NCBI GenBank assembly: GCA_002269645.1
Contig: NIVC01000789.1
Span: forward strand, 1 to 42,085
Source: Macrostomum lignano
Taxonomy: Eukaryota
Direction of reading: 5' to 3'
DNA length: 42,085 nt
A program made the translations under genes and the position numbers. Each line of letters starts with the position of its first letter. The first letter of the stretch is position 1. The notes beneath the pieces are model-generated. The model saw only the letters and a program-made list of their open reading frames with translations. It made no database searches and was not told the DNA's origin. This document shows positions 40,665-42,085 of the stretch, one piece after another.

Positions 40665-42085
40665 TTTGACCCTCCGTGTCACTGCCACCCCTCACCTGAC
40701 CCTCTGTGTGTCACTGCTACCCCTCACCTGACCCTCTGTGTGTCACTGCTACCCCTCACCTGACCCTCTGTGTGTCACTGCTACCGCCTCACCTGACCCT
40801 CTGTGTGTCACTGCTACCCCTCACCTGACCCTCTGTGTGTCACTGCTACCACACCTGATTCTCTGTGTCACTGCCATCCCTCACCTGACCCTCTGTATGT
40901 CACTGCCACCCCTCACCTGACCTCTGTGTGTCACTGCCACCCTCACCTGACCTCTGTGTGTCACTGCCACCCCTCACCTGACCCTCTGTGTCACTGCCAC
41001 CCTCACCTGACCCTCTGTGTGTCAGCTACTCCACACCTGACCCTCTGTGTTGTCACTGCCACCCCACAAACTGACCCTCTGTGTGTCACTGCTGCCCCTC
41101 ACCTGACCCTCTGTGTGTCACTGCTACCCCTCACCTGACCCTCTGTGTGTCACTGCTACCCCTCACCTGACCTCTGTGTGTCACTGCTACCCTCACCTGA
41201 CCCTCTGTGTGTCACTGCTACCCTCACCTGACCCTCTGTGTGTCACTGCTACCCAACACCTGATTCTCTGTGTCACTGCCATCCCTCACCGACCCTCTGT
41301 ATGTCACTGCCACCCTCACCTGACCCTCTGTGTGTCACTGCCACCCCTCACCTGACCCTCTGTGTGTCACTGCTACCCAACACCTGATTCTCTGTGTCAC
41401 TGCCATCCCTCATCTGAACCCTCTGTATGTCACTGCCACCCCTCACTGACCCTCTGTGTCACTGCCACCCCACAACTGACCCTCTGTGTGTCACTGCTGC
41501 CCCTCACCTTATTCTCTGTGTGTCACTGCTACCCTCACCGGACCCTCTGTGTGTCACTGCCACCCCTCACCTGACCCTCTGTGTCACTGCTACCCTCACC
41601 TGACCCTCTGTGTGTCACTGCTACCCTCACCGGACCCTCTGTGTGTCACTGCCACCCCTCACCTGATTCTCTGTGTGTCACTGCTACCCTCACCTAACCC
41701 TCTGTGTGTCACTGCTACCCCTCACGCTGACCTCTGTGTGTCACTGCTACCCCTCACCTAACCCTCTGTGTGTCACTGCTACCCCTCACCTGACCCTCTG
41801 TGTGTCACTGCTACCCCTCACCTGACCCTCTGTGTCACTGCTACCCCTCACCTGACCCTCTGTGTGTCACTGCTACCTCTCACCGGACCCTCTGTGTGTC
41901 ACTGCCCACCTCACCTGATTCTCTGTGTGTCACTGCTACCCCTCACCACTAACCCTCTGTGTGTCACTGCTACCCTCACCTGACCCTCTGTGTGTCACTG
42001 CTACCCCTCACCTAACCCTCTGTGTGTCACTGCTACCCCTCACCTGACCCTCTGTGTGTCACTGCTACCCCTCACCTGACCCTCT
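40665..42085. repeat. 30-33-bp minisatellite CTGACCCTCTGTGTGTCACTGCTACCCCTCAC, DHX15 intron, runs off the window
   Basis: Tandem copies read directly. Confidence 0.95.

Overview
Eukaryotic (animal) genomic DNA with GT-AG introns, GC3-rich exons and minisatellite-filled introns. This style suggests a flatworm such as Macrostomum, but that is inference only. Four host genes can be reconstructed by hand with phase-consistent splice sites: a Prrx-like paired-class homeobox gene (+, 3147-7931), TBC1D13 (-, 22124-11486), TRAX/TSNAX (-, 25727-23595) and DHX15/Prp43 (+, 35113 to beyond the window end). An intact Ty3/Gypsy (Mag-like) LTR retrotransposon with apparently identical 237-bp LTRs and an AACAA target-site duplication (TSD) sits antisense in TBC1D13 intron 1. 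There are also about 14 minisatellite arrays, three tRNA-headed SINE families and several MITE/foldback elements. The most unusual signal is a ~14-kb domain (about 20.7-35.1 kb) depleted of CpG and also of CpA/TpG, and rich in TpA. Internal copy pairs (TSDs, TIR arms, palindrome arms) show CpG->TpG/CpA and CpA/TpG->TpA changes, resembling fungal RIP. The TRAX gene inside this domain has two in-frame TAG codons exactly where CAG is the simplest ancestor. All counts are hand counts on short stretches; no searches were run.
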